Assembly: GCF_006345805.1 (NCBI RefSeq)
Contig: NC_043007.1
Location: 19,468,001-19,532,000, forward strand
Direction: 5' to 3'
Length of the DNA stretch: 64,000 nucleotides
Origin: Octopus sinensis
Taxonomy: Eukaryota
Position numbers and translations under genes: made by a program. The notes below the pieces were generated by a model. It saw only the letters and a list, made by a program, of their open reading frames with translations, had not been told where the DNA came from and searched no databases. Numbering within the stretch: the first letter of the stretch is position 1; each line of letters starts with the position of its first letter. Positions 1 to 13,250 of this stretch are shown here, in pieces.

Positions 1-350
1 TTTAAATATAACAAAGAATTTAGTAAAATAACTTAGTTATCATTCAGCTAGTGTTAGGAACATAAATTGTGACTAAGGTTTGGTGGAAGATTTTGATTCA
101 AAACTTATGAAAATAAGACATTTGTACTCAGAGCCAGTTTCAGCCATTTGAGATGCTCAGTGTTTCTTTTAATTACTTTAAATATTACAAAGAATTTAGT
201 AAAATAACTTAGTTATCATTCAGCTAGTGTTAGGAACATAAATTGTGACTAAGGTTTGGTGGGAAATTTTAATTCAAAACCTATGAAAACAAGACATTTG
301 TTCTACAGAGCCAGAGCCGGTTTCAGCCGGGTTGGCAACAAAAGGGTTAA
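1..350. mobile_element. Right end of a piggyBac-type (TTAA) MITE with an internal ~176-bp tandem duplication
   Basis: 1-146 is repeated at ~177-330; the element ends AAAAGGG|TTAA (347-350); a related degenerate copy lies at 17345-17609. Confidence 0.6.
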
Positions 351-2049
351 GAGCAGAAAAATTTGTCAGCAGCCAGCCATGATATATATATATATATATA
401 TGTTTGAAAGAATTAGTAGAGATGGCTTTTTTTGAGGGAATAATTAATATTTTAATCATAATTAAGATTAAAATCAAAATTATCCCCTCAAAAAAGTCAT
501 CTCTACTCATTCTTTCAAATATCTATAATACTGTACCAAGAACTTTGTCTTTATTCTACTACATATATATATATATACATATATACTGTGTGTGTGTGTG
601 TGTGTGTGTCCACCATTGTGCTGGTGACGCTGTGCCTATGTGCCCATAACTTAGTGGTTTGGCAAAAAAACCCGATAAAATAAGTACCAAGTTTAAAAAG
701 CAAATAAACACATGGGGTGATTTGTCCGACTAAAACTCTTTAAGACAATGCTCCAGCATGGCCACAGTCTAATGACAGGAGCAAGTAAAAGTATACATAC
801 ATGCATAAACACACACACATACACATATATATACAGCCATACACATACATGTTTATGTATATATATATATAGATATATATATATACATACATGTACACTT
901 ATGTATACTCACATATATATATAGATATATATATACACACACAAATGATAAGTGCACGTGGCCTTTATCTTCTAGCTTTGCTCTATCTTGCAGCCGGTTT
1001 GTGTAAACTGTATTTCCATCATTTAAATACAAATGCAAATGTAATTTTATACATAACATATATACAGATATATACATACACATATACATATATATATACA
1101 TATATATACATATACATATACATATATATATATACATATATATATACACAAATACATATGCATACATATATATACACACACATATATACATACAAACATC
1201 CATCCATACATATATATATATGCATACATACATATACATATATATACATATATATACATACATGCATACATACAAATATATGTGTGTGTGTATATATATA
1301 TATATATATACATTCACATGTGGCATACACACACATATAGGCATACACACACACATATATAAATACTCACACACACACACACATACCACCACCACCACTA
1401 CCACTACCACAGCTGCCCTGACATTCTTGACATTTATCAAGTCTATGCTACATTGCACATTGAGGAGGTCTGAAGCTTTTTTTTTTTTAATTTTTTGATT
1501 TTCGGTTATTTTTTTTCCTTCTTTGTTCTTTGTTATTATTATTATTGTTATTTTTATGTTCCTTTTGTTGTTGTTGTTGTTTTTTGTCTCTCATGGTACA
1601 CTGTTATAAGTCTTGAAGTGTTTCTATTATTTCTGCACTTTGGTAAAGTAGTGGCTGTAGTGATGGTTGTGGTGGTGGCAGTGGTGGTGAAGATGGTTGT
1701 GATGGTGATGGTAGCAGTGGTAGTAGTGGTGTGGTGGCGATGGTGGTGGTTGTGGCAATCACAATGGTAATTTTTAGCAATTATTGTTTAACCCCCAGAT
1801 TGGCCCTCATATACCTTCTGACATATATCGAAAGGCAGTCCAACCATGACCATCCTACTTGATTTCTGTATATTAGCTCATGTGTGTTAACGTTTTAAAA
1901 TGATAGGCTATGAGTTGAGGGATTTTGGCTGCTATTTCTAGGAGGTCTAGAGACCACACAGAATCCCCTTGTTGGTTTATAGTAGTTGGCGAAGTGTGCT
2001 GAAACTGGTGGTTAGTGATGGAGATAGTGGTACTGGTTGATGATGGTAC

Positions 2050-2082
<33 letters not shown>

Positions 2083-2621
2083 ATGTGTGTGTGTGGTGGG
2101 TGCAAGTGGTAGAGGTAACTAACTTAGCCATTACTTGCCATCAAGTATGACATCATAGCAATATGCTCTGCAGTATCATAGCAGTATGGTCCATGTCTTT
2201 ACACCTGTTTCGGGTACCAGTATAATCCTGACTAGGCACAAGCATGTTCTTGACTTTCATGCCTTTGACTCAAAGATGTACCAGCTGAAGGAGTGAAAGA
2301 AGTCTGCACTCCAGTACTTATTTTATTGTCCCCCCATCACCAAAAAAAAATAGGTGGGGGGTAAGATTTCACCTGTGAATAAAAATACCTCCATCAGTTT
2401 GAAAGATGAGGTTTCAGATGTAAAACTGACTGGACTATTGTTTATTGAATTAGTGGACATGTGGCTGAGTACTCCATAGCTACTCATACCTTTTATGCAG
2501 TTTTCAAATGGGATCAGCATGATGCAGTGTGTGACAAAGCTATCTCCTTGAATTACATGTAAAGTCCAGCCGAATGGCTTCTACACAGTCTCCATTTCAC
2601 TGGCAAGGTTGAGCTTAGATC

Positions 2622-2789
2622 CAGTGGCATTGCTAGAGTGTGTGCCACCAGGGTCACCTCTCCATTATGTCACCCTCCCCAGGGACAATACAGGCTTCAA
2701 CAGCAGATCCAGAAGTTTCTCTCCTATAAAAGCATCACCCAGGACAAAGTGACCCTTCGTTGCCCCTCCCTGTTCCTGCTATGCTACTG
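2622..2789. mobile_element. Degenerate hAT-type MITE
   Basis: Imperfect terminal inverted repeats CAGTGGCATTGC / GCTATGCTACTG; no convincing TSD. Confidence 0.4.
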
Positions 2790-2953
2790 ATTAACCCAAG
2801 GTTATTATTAAAGGCCTTTATGCTAGATGCCCCTCATTGGGACTGAACCAGTAACCTCATGATTAATATATGCATGCTGCGTCCATACACATACATGGAC
2901 ACATGGACACACACACACACAAACATTAACCATATTTTTGCACACACACATAC

Positions 2954-3338
2954 AGGCGCAGGAGTGGCTGTGTGGTAAGTAGCTTGTTTACCAGCCACAA
3001 GGTTCCGGGTTCAGTCCCATTGCATGGCACCTTTGGCAAGTGTCTTCTACTGTAGCCTCGGGCCGACCAAAGCCTTGTGAGTGGATTTGGTAGACGGAAA
3101 CTGAAAGAAGCCCGTCGTATATATGTATATATATATATATGTATGTGTGTGTATATGTCTGTGTGTCTGTGTTTGTCCCCCTAGCATTGCTTGACAACCG
3201 ATGCTGGTGTGTTTATGTCCACGTTACTTAGCGGTTTGGGCTTACAAAAGAATAAGTCCCGGGGTCGAGTTGCTCAATTAAAGGCGGTGCTCTAGCATGG
3301 CCACAGTCAAATGACTGAAACAAGTAATAGAGTAATAG
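2954..3338 (+). mobile_element. tRNA-derived SINE, family A (full length, internal TA/TG microsatellite)
   Basis: Head GGCGCAGGAGTGGCTGTGTGG...GGTTCAGTCCC (A/B-box-like), tail GACTGAAACAAGTAATAGAG; about 20 full or partial copies in the window. Confidence 0.85.
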
Positions 3339-4503
3339 AGATACATGCACACACTCTCATATAGACTTGTGTACATACAATGCACATTTCTATGCACATA
3401 TGTACACACACACATGCACACATATACACAGCACATGTATACAAATACATCAAATGGCAGGATTCACAAGCATGGACACACAGAACCATTAACAGAGTCA
3501 TTAATTGATGGGTTAGCATTTCGCATCATTAATATTCCAAACTCTTTGATAAACGCTCATCATGTGACTGTATATGAGAGTCTTTAAAACTTTCAAAAGC
3601 TATTAATGCACATTCTAATCATGTGATTGGTAGATCTACATGTGATCATGTGATAATCAGACATAAACACACACACACAATCAAGAGGAATGGCAATTTG
3701 ATGACTTGCTGACCTATTCAACCCATGTCAGCAAAAAAAAAAAAAAAAGAATGAATATCACATGATAAGATCTTTTTAATAATCATATTATTAATCGCAT
3801 ACACACAAACACAGACACACACATATGTATACACACACATGCATGCATGCATGCATGCACACACACACACACACACACACCACACACACATATTGAAACA
3901 AATACAAATATATTAGCCATGAAGGGAGACCATAACATACTAGAAATAGCAGCCAAATCTCACTCAGAATTACACTCTTCTATCCTGAAACAAACAAACA
4001 AAAAAAAACAGACATAGTGGTCATTTCTGGAATGCCTTCCATGGTAAGTTGGCTCAAACAGGATCACCTGGGACTAGACAATAATAACACATGCCCCCCA
4101 CTTACAGCCACCCTCCTCCTCATCATCATCATCATCCTCATCATCCTCCTCATCCTCATCCTCATCCTCATTGTTGTCAGTTTAACTGCAGTCTTCTCCA
4201 TATTTTGATACTGAATCAATCAGAATGACTACTTCATTGCAGGTTTTTCTGCATCTGCGTTCCTCCCATGACCTTCACCACTTACTATCAATTCACGATG
4301 CTCTTTTCCTTGGCTTGCATCCACCTTCATTCACACCTCATACTCAAATCAGTCATCTCTCCGAGCATTCATTTACAGACATCGTTAAACATTAATAACC
4401 TGCTTTCTCAATTCACATTTTCTTTATATTTCAGTTGGGGATCAATAATGGCATTAATTGTAAGTCTCCAATCACTGGTTCAGTGCATTTCCAATGATGA
4501 GGT

Positions 4504-4928
4504 GGACAAGAAAGCATCTGCACAGCGAGGGCCGGCCCTTGGGTTGCTGGGGCCCCGTGCAAACTGAACTTCAGCACATACAAGCTGACAGTCATGGAAA
4601 TTTCCTTGTCTTTGTCACCCTTCTTGGCGCCCTCTAGCACATGGAGGACAAGGAAGTATCTGACCAGCAAGGGCCAGCTCTTGGGTTGCTAGTGCCCCGG
4701 ACAAACTGTTCTTCAGCATGTACAAGCTGAAAGTCATGGAAATTTCTGCCTTAGTCACCCTCCTTGGCGCCCTCTAGCACATGGAGGATAAGGAAGTATC
4801 TGCACAGTGAGGGCCAGCCCTTGGGTTGCTGGTACACCAGGTAAGCTGAACTTCAGCATGTACAAGCTGACAGTCGTGGAAATTTCCTTGCCTTTGTCAT
4901 TCCTTCCTTGGCGCCCTCTAACACATGG
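4504..4928. repeat. Tandem repeat, ~141-bp unit x3
   Basis: Units begin GGA(C/T)AAG at ~4504, ~4646 and ~4785 and each ends GGCGCCCTCTA(G/A)CACATGG. Confidence 0.85.
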
Positions 4929-4934
4929 TTATAC

Positions 4935-5152
4935 TGTGCTGGTGCCACATGAAAGGCATCTGTGCTGGTGCCATGTAAAAAGCACCCAGTGCACTTTATA
5001 AAGTGGTTGGTATGAGGAAGGGCGTCCAGCCACAGAATCCAGGCCAAAACAGACCATTAGAGCTTGGTGCAGTCCTCCGGTTTGCGAGTCCCTGTCAAAC
5101 CGTCCAATCCATGCTAGCATGGAAAACGGATGTCAAATGATGATGATGATGA
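4935..5152 (+). mobile_element. 5'-truncated RTE-type 3' UTR/tail repeat (family C)
   Basis: AAAAGCACCC...AGGAAGGGCGTCCAGC...CCATGCTAGCATGGAAAACGGA + (GAT)n tail, shared with 16670-16850 and 28460-28647. Confidence 0.7.
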
Positions 5153-5451
5153 TATAAGTGCTGGTGTGAACTGACTAAAAATTCTTCAAGATGGTACCTC
5201 AGCATGGCTGAAACAAGAAAAAGTTTAAGTACTTCCACTAGTTTCAGTCTATGAAATTCCAGTCACGTGGTATTGGTCAAGTGGCAGAAATAGTAGAGGC
5301 CATCAGGTGACGGCATCCATGCAGTGAGATTGAACCCCACACCACATGGTTTGAAAGTAAAAATCTCAACCGCAACACAATCTTGTCTGTGCCTATACAT
5401 TCAAGTCAATATGTGTGCACATATATATATATATAATATATATATATATAT

Positions 5452-5482
<31 letters not shown>

Positions 5483-5682
5483 TAGAAGAAATGAGGTAAT
5501 CAGAAGATCGGATGGTTTATATTTACAGATATTTATTTATATATTACATTTTTTATATATATATATCATATCACTTAGATCATTTGCGCTTTCTCCCATA
5601 TATATATATACACACACACACACATATAATTTTGTGTATATACATATGTATGAATGTGTGTATATATATATATATCTATCTA

Positions 5683-5719
<37 letters not shown>

Positions 5720-6566
5720 GTTATGTATATATACATATATGTGTGTGTGTGTCTGTGGGTATTTACATACACACATATATTCTAACATTGGACACATTGT
5801 ATACACACCATCATTTTACTTTTTCATCAGTTTAACACTGTATTATCTACCATCCTTTTTTTATTGTCAATGTCTATTTCAATGGCTATTTTCTGTCTGA
5901 TATAATTATGATCTACAGTACTTGAGACACAGTACGTAGCCTTGAAACACATTTCTTTTATTTATTGCTAGCAAACCTCTCAGCATTGAACAGTTGTATA
6001 ATTACTTTACTGTCTCACTATAATAGGACTTCATTCAGATGAAACATTGAAGGCCTCAACCTTGCTTTCCTGTTTCAATTCAGCAGGGAGTGGGAAAGGG
6101 GGGGGGGTACAAGAGGAGGGGTGGGTGGGGTTGTGTGGTCAATAAAAATAGGTAATAATAGATACTGGAGTATTTGGGTTGTGCCATTTTATCCATATAC
6201 ACTCACCTCAGCTTTGAGATCTAAATTGGAATGCAGCAGATAAAATCTTTCATCGTTTACTTGTTTCAGTCGTGCGACTGTGGCCATGCTGGAGCACCAC
6301 CTTGAAGAAATTTAATTGAATGAATTGACCCCAGTACTAATATACTTTTTAAAACCTGGTACTTGTTCTATCATTCTCTTCTGTTGAACCACTAAGTTAT
6401 GGGGACATAAACACCCCAACACCGGTTGTCAAGCAAGGTAATGGACAAACAGACACAAACACACACATACATAGATATTTATATATATGACAGGCTTCTA
6501 CTAAGTTTCCTTTTTCTTTTTTCTTCGTAAATGCATCGAGTCAGTTTGAAACATCCTTTAAGCAGA

Positions 6567-6614
6567 CTGATAGATGCATGCATTTCAGAATGGTTATCTC
6601 CTCTTCAGTATCAG
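6567..6614 (-). ncRNA. Minimal type-I hammerhead ribozyme motif
   Basis: Minus strand: CTGATA-CTGAAGA-GGAG ataacca TTCT-GAAA-TGCATGCA-TC-TATCAG; 6-bp stem I, canonical core, palindromic stem III, AUC cleavage triplet. Confidence 0.7.
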
Positions 6615-6829
6615 ACACTCATAAGAGGAAAGCCACAAACTGACAAGAGATGGACGTTTCATACTATATTCTCATTCCTGTCATTGTAATGTGACTGGTT
6701 GCACTAATCGATGGCTCTAATATATATTCCATATCTATCTATCTATCTATCTATCTATCTGTCTGTCTGTCTGTCTATCTATCTACCTATCTATCTATCT
6801 ATCTGTCTGTCTGTCTATCAGTCTGTCTG

Positions 6830-6860
<31 letters not shown>

Positions 6861-7269
6861 GTCTGTCTGTCTGTCTGTCTGTCTGTGTGTCTGTGTGTCT
6901 GTCGATCAGTGTGTGTGCTTGTGTGTGTGAGCGTTTGTGTGTGTGAGTGTTTGTGTGTGTGAGCGTTTGTGTGTGTGAGTGTTTGTGTGTGTTTGTGTGA
7001 GTGTGTTTGTATGTGTATGTGTGAGTGTGTGTGTGTCTATGTGTGTGTGTGTGTGCGTGCTTGCATGCACTTGTGTATGAAGGGATCATTTCAGTTCCTC
7101 CCAACCAAATTCACTCTCAACGCTTTTTTAGTTGGCCCAGGGTTATAGCCGAAGACAGTCACCCAAAGTGCTATACAGTGGGATTTGAACCCGAAACCAC
7201 GCCAATGGAAAGCAATCTTCTTAAACCTACAGTCCCACCACACGTACACAGCATTTTGGAAGCAGAATC

Positions 7270-7560
7270 AAGATAGGTCAAAACGTGGAGGAGGTAAGGA
7301 TAAAGATGTGTTAGGAGAGCTGAAGTGGGTCACAGAAAATAGCAATTGCAAAGGTAGAGACAAGAGACAACAGGATGTGAAGCAGTTCAGATTAGACGAA
7401 ATGCCGAGGCAGTCAGGGCTGGCTTTTAGAGTGCAGCTAGAAAAGAGGTAGGTCAGAGAACACCAGGATGTTTTGGTAGCGACAGCAGATGGTGGGAAGT
7501 TGTGCTGCGGATTAGACAAAAGACTGTTGTCTTTCAACTGGAGCAGAACATATAGTGTTT
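7270..7560 (-). mobile_element. Old L2/Jockey-like LINE 3' remnant
   Basis: Minus-strand degenerate translation (VSCLYLCNCYF...) weakly resembles LINE ORF2 C-terminal motifs; many stops. Confidence 0.3.
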
Positions 7561-7574
7561 TCATGACATTTTAA

Positions 7575-7970
7575 TTTTCATTTATTTCAGTCGTTAGACT
7601 GTGGCCATGCTGTGGCACCGCCTTGAAGAGTTTAGCTGAACAAATCAACCCTGGTGCTTTTTTGGTTTTTTTTTTTTTTAAAAAAAAACCTGACACTTCT
7701 ATTAGTCTCTTTTTGCTGAGCTGCTAAGTTATGTGAATGTAAACAAACCAATACTGGTTAAGCAGTGGTTGAGGGTGACACAAAGACACACACATACACA
7801 CACATATATATGATGGGCATCTTTCATTTTCCACCTACCAAATCCACTCACAAGGCTTTGGTTGTCTCAGGGCTATAATAGAAGACACTTGCCCATGGTG
7901 CTATGAAGTGGGACTGAACTCGGAACCATGTGGTTGGGAAGCAAACTTATTATCACTCAGTCACACCTGA
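7575..7970 (-). mobile_element. SINE family A, degenerate full copy
   Basis: Reverse-complement match to 2954-3338. Confidence 0.8.
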
Positions 7971-8016
7971 CATGGAGGTTTTGGAAAGTACATACTTGCA
8001 GGCGCATGCATGCGCA

Positions 8017-8922
8017 GAGGGAGATTTGGCCGCTATTTCTACCAGGTCTAGCTACCATGTAGAGGTCTCCCTCATTGGCTCATACATACATATATACATA
8101 CATAAGACATTAAGGTGTGATTTGAGGGAGATTTGGCTGTTATTTCTACCAGGTCTAGCTACCATGTAGAGGTCTCCCTCATTGGCTCATACATACATAT
8201 ATACATACATAAGACAGTCAGGTGTGATTTGAGGGAGATTTGGCTGTTATTTTTACCAGGTCTGGCTACCATGTAGAGGTCTCCCTCATTGGCTCATACA
8301 TATATACAATAATAGACATTAAGGTGTGATTTGAGGGAGATTTGGCTGTTATTTCTACCAGGTCTGGCTACCATGTAGAGGTCTCCCTCATTGGCTCATA
8401 CATATATACAATAATAGACATTAAGGTGTGATTTGGGGGAGATTTGGCTGTTATTTCTACCAGGTCTAGCTACCATGTAGAGGTCTCCCTCATTGGCTCA
8501 TACATACATATATACATACATAAGACATTGAGGTGTGATTTGAGGGAGATTTGGCTGTTATTTCTACCAGGTCTAGCTACCATGTAGAGATCTCCCTCAT
8601 TGGCTCATACATACATATATCTATACATAAGACAGTAGAGTGTTTTGAGGGAGATTTAGCTGCTATTTCTACCAGGTCTAGCTACCATGTAGGTCTCCCT
8701 CATTGGCTCATACATATATACAATAATAAGACATTAAGGTGTGATTTGAGGGAGATTTGGCTGTTATTTCTACCAGGTCTAGCTACCATGTAGAGGTCTC
8801 CCTCATTGGCTCATACATACATATATATACATACATAAGACATTAAGGTGTGATTTGAGGAAGATTTGGCTGTTATTTCTACCAGGTCTGGCTACCATGT
8901 AGAGGTCTCCCTCATTGGCTCA
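8017..8922. repeat. Satellite array, ~101-109-bp unit x9
   Basis: GAGGGAGATTTGGCTGTTATTTCTACCAGGTCTAGCTACCATGTAGAGGTCTCCCTC recurs at 8017, 8124, 8231, 8333, 8435, 8542, 8647, 8748 and 8857. Confidence 0.95.
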
Positions 8923-9410
8923 TCTAATATATAAATCCCGTTCTGTCTGTTTGTTTTTTGTGCACTTGGTTTCGAGTTCAGTCCCACTGCACGGCACCAC
9001 TGGCGTCTTCTACTATAGTCCTGAGACAACCAAAGCCTTGTGAGTGGATTTAGTAGATGAAAACTGAAAGAAGCCCATCATATGTATGTGTGTGTGCATG
9101 TGTGCCTTTGTGTCACCCTCAACCACTGCTTAACCAGTGTTGGTTTGTTTACATTCACATAACTTAGCAGCTTGGCAAAAACTCGAGTATTGTTCATCTA
9201 ATAATACTGAAATTTTAAACATGGATACATGAGAGAGCAAGGCATTCCGTAACCAAAAAAGATTTTCAAAATTGCCAGTTCCAAAGTGAGAATCGCTGTT
9301 TTTGTAATCCTTATGGCCTGTCCATCGAATGATTAAAACTTCCATAACACCGTCCAAGTTAACCTTCTTCACCTATACAAACCATCCGATGGACGGTGGG
9401 CGTTTGCTAG
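8923..9410 (+). mobile_element. Non-autonomous Helitron containing a SINE-A fragment
   Basis: A|TC 5' end (8923); subterminal hairpin ACCATCC-GAT-GGACGGT (9381-9397); CTAG|T 3' end (9407-9410); SINE-A fragment at ~8965-9180. Confidence 0.65.
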
Positions 9411-9783
9411 TTATACATATGTTTAAAACCTCAATGACACATCATAAACACAAAGGTCCAGGTAAACATTATTACTAACAAATAAAACCGAATACCTCTT
9501 ACAGGTAACTGACAAGTAGGACTGGTATGACTTGCACTTCTTTGTCTGGCAATGATTACCTTTGAGTAGGTCTCACATCATCATCATCATTATTTTATTA
9601 TTATTGTGGTGGTGGTGGTGGTTGCTGTTGTTGCTGTGGTTATTGTTTTCATTACTTTTAAACTGTAACTTATATTTCAGGTGATTGCTCACGAGGGCGT
9701 GTCACCATTTGGTAGTAAGCCATTGTGTTGAGCCCATGAGGCAGCCTGTACAAGGTCAGCACCCAATCTGTGAGAAATGTTAA

Positions 9784-10044
9784 TACATACATATATCTAT
9801 ACATAAGACAGTAGAGTGTTTTGAGGGAGATTTAGCTGCTATTTCTACCAGGTCTAGCTACCATGTAGAGGTCTCCCGCATTGGCTCATACATACATATA
9901 TACATACATAAGACATTAAGGTGTGATTTGAGGGAGATTTGGCTGTTATTTCTACCAGGTCTAGCTACCATGTAGAGGTCTCCCTCATTGCCTCATACAT
10001 ACATATATACATACATACATATATACAATAATAAGACATTAAGG
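9784..10044. repeat. Second array of the ~105-bp satellite (~2.5 units)
   Basis: Same unit, including the GACAGTAGAGTGTTTTGAGGGAGATTTAGC variant seen at ~8631-8660. Confidence 0.9.
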
Positions 10045-10909
10045 TAAACCACCCTAAAAAATCATACCATCATCATCATCAACCCTGGATATTATTGTCT
10101 TGAGTGCTAGACTTATAGGGCTGGGTACCCGGCCCTTCACGTATAAGTGATCATCCCCGAGAATGAGATGCCAATCCAGTGCAGAGTTATTCTTTTATAG
10201 CTTAATGGAACAGACCAATGTGAAATGAAGTGTCTTGCTCAAGGTCAGACACACCATCTTGTCCAGAAATTGAAACCATGATCATGCAATCGCATGTGCA
10301 ACACCCTGGAAACTAGGTCACGTGGTTTCACATACTGATCTTAAAAAGGGGCCGGAAAAAAGATATAGATATCTCCAAAAAAAAAACAAAACAAATAAAG
10401 GTAAAAGACTAGGGGACCAGGTTTGGGCCCAGATGTCTTTGATCACAGAGTTACTCAATCAAGATTAATCCGGGGCTAAGCTAAATAAAATTCAAACGAC
10501 AAATAAGGGGACATCTATGTGGTTGTTGAACAAGACACAACTGATCAAAAAGCAAGACATAACTGATCAAAGGCTAAGCAACATCATGGCTTGTAGCACA
10601 CACACACACACACACACACACACGGGCTTCTTTCATTCTCCATCGACCAAATTTATTCACAAGTTTTGGATGTCCCAGGCCTATATCAGAAGACACTTGC
10701 TCAAATGGCATGCATACATGTGTGTGTGTATATATATGTGTATATATGCCTTGACAAGGATAGAACAACTTCTTTAGTGATTGTACCACAATAAACTGCA
10801 CCCGACCCACCCTGTAAATGGGTTGGCATTAGAAATCATGCCACAACAGACGTAGCAAGTGGAACAGACTGTTCTCAGGCCATTACAACCAATGCAGAAA
10901 GTAGACATA

Positions 10910-11428
10910 GAATGATGTTGATAATGATGATGATGCTGGTGATGATAATGACCACAATATTGATGACAAAGAGGATGATAATGATGATGAGAATGATGAT
11001 GATAGCGATGATGATAATGATGATGATGGTAATGATGCTGCTGGTGATGATAATGACCACAATATTGATGACAAAGAGGATGATGATGATGATGAGAATG
11101 ATGATGATAGCGATGATGATGATGATAATGATGATGATAATGATGGTAATGATGCTGCTGGTGATGATAATGACCACAATATTGATGACAGAGGATGATG
11201 AAGATGATGATGATGATGATTATGGTGATGATGGCGATAGCTAATAGAGGTGATGGTGATGATGACGATAATGATGGTGATGATAATGACCACAATATTG
11301 ATGACAAAGAGAATGATGATGATGATGGTGATAATGATGATGAAGATGATGGTGATGGTGATGATAGTGATGATGAAGACTGATGGTGGCGATGATGATG
11401 ATAATGATGGTGGTGATGATGATGATGG
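10910..11428. repeat. (GAT)n-rich low-complexity tract with nested higher-order repeat
   Basis: GGTGATGATAATGACCACAATATTGATGACA recurs 4 times ~105-120 bp apart. Confidence 0.85.
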
Positions 11429-12235
11429 TATATGTAATTGTATTTCTAGAGTTGAGAACCCCAGCAGTGTTGCTAAACATACTTGAATTTCCTGTTCCCA
11501 GTCGCCAAACTAAAGTTTATATATTTTGCACACAGTATTTATTCAGTGAAAGAAATCAAACATTTTTTGTGCATTCAGCCAGGATCAATTAGTGACGACA
11601 ATACAAAGATTTGTATTTCATTGGATAACAAAAATGACAGATGGTCAGAGACATTCTAGATCTCTGATCTTTCACCAGTTCTGGAAGAATGTAAGAAAAC
11701 ATGAAAAAATAAAGGAAAATAAAGGAAAATACGAAGTAGATGGAATCGTATACGAAATATTTATGTATTTATTCTTTTACTCTCTTAGTTGTTTCAGTCA
11801 TTTGACAGTGGCCATGTTGGAGCACCGCCTTTAGTCGAGCAAATTGACAGCAGGACTTATTCTTTGTAAGCCTAGTACTTATTCTATCGGGCTCTTTTGC
11901 AGAACCGTTAGGTTATGGGGACGTAAACACACCAGCATCGGTTGTCAAGCGATGTTGTAAAAAATATGGGTAAAAAAAAATAGAAAGTTTATAAAACAGA
12001 ATGTGGAAATAATAATTAAAATATCAAGTTATGAGGAGTGAAAAGTGCAAAGTATGAAGCAAGAATCTTTATGAAAACAATTATTATAATTCGGTGGAAA
12101 GCAAGAGAGAGAAAAAGGACTAAGAATGTGAAAAAGGGGAAAAATGGAGAAGGAAAAAGGAATGAAGAAAAATATCAAAGAAGAAAGAGTCTAAGATGAA
12201 AAATTGAGAAAGAGTGAAATTAAAACAGAAATACA

Positions 12236-12425
12236 TGTCGCCATGATAGATCGTTAGCTACTACACACATTTTTTTCTCTCCTTGTTTTTTCTGTGTCCC
12301 TTTCTGTAGAAGAGCGTAGGCTCGAAACATTAAAGACTTTTTCAATTTCTGAGCATTATACTAATACATCTGTTTGTTTTGTACACCACCTGTCTTCATC
12401 TTTTGCTTTTTTCGTAAACTCCCCC
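12236..12425 (+). mobile_element. Short Penelope-type terminal-repeat element carrying a variant hammerhead motif (12300-12335)
   Basis: CTTT-CTGTAGA-A-GAGC gtag GCTC-GAAA-CA-TT-AAAG; same family as 61218-61427 (minus). Confidence 0.55.
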
Positions 12426-12494
12426 CAGAGATACATAGCTTGATATCAGTGAGATATAGATTGGGGGGGGGGCAGCGAAGGAAAACGATGATGA

Positions 12495-12551
<57 letters not shown>

Positions 12552-12581
12552 CATGTATGTATGTATGTATGTATGCATATG

Positions 12582-12629
<48 letters not shown>

Positions 12630-12964
12630 TGTATGTATGTATGTATGTGTTTGTGTCTATGTTTGTCTTCCCACCATCGTTTGACAACCAATGCTACTGT
12701 GTTTACATCCCCATCACTTAACACTTCATCAAAAAGAGACCGATAGAATAAGTAATAGGCTTACAAAGAATAAGTCCTGGGGTCGATTTGTTTGACTAAA
12801 AGGTGGTGCTCCAGCATGACTGAAACAAGTAAAAGAGTATGTGTGTGTGTGTATTTAATGAATGCATGTATATATATATGTGTGTGTGTGTATGAGTATA
12901 TATATACCAGGTTGTGTAGCTGCATTGGAACTTGTTCAATAGCTAGTGATATACATAGACAAAC

Positions 12965-13078
12965 TGATAGATAGGCAGGGAGATAGATAGATAGAGAAAG
13001 AGAGAGAGAGACAAACAGACAGACAAAGTTATAGATAAATAGATAGGTAGATAGACAGACAGACAGGCAGATAGATAA

Positions 13079-13158
<80 letters not shown>

Positions 13159-13188
13159 GGAGATAGATAGATAGATAGATAGATAGGG

Positions 13189-13250
<62 letters not shown>

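Noticed and set aside
8017-8922. CRISPR-like regular repeats
   Set aside because: The 'spacers' are near-identical rather than unique, the unit is ~105 bp, the context is eukaryotic and there are no cas genes
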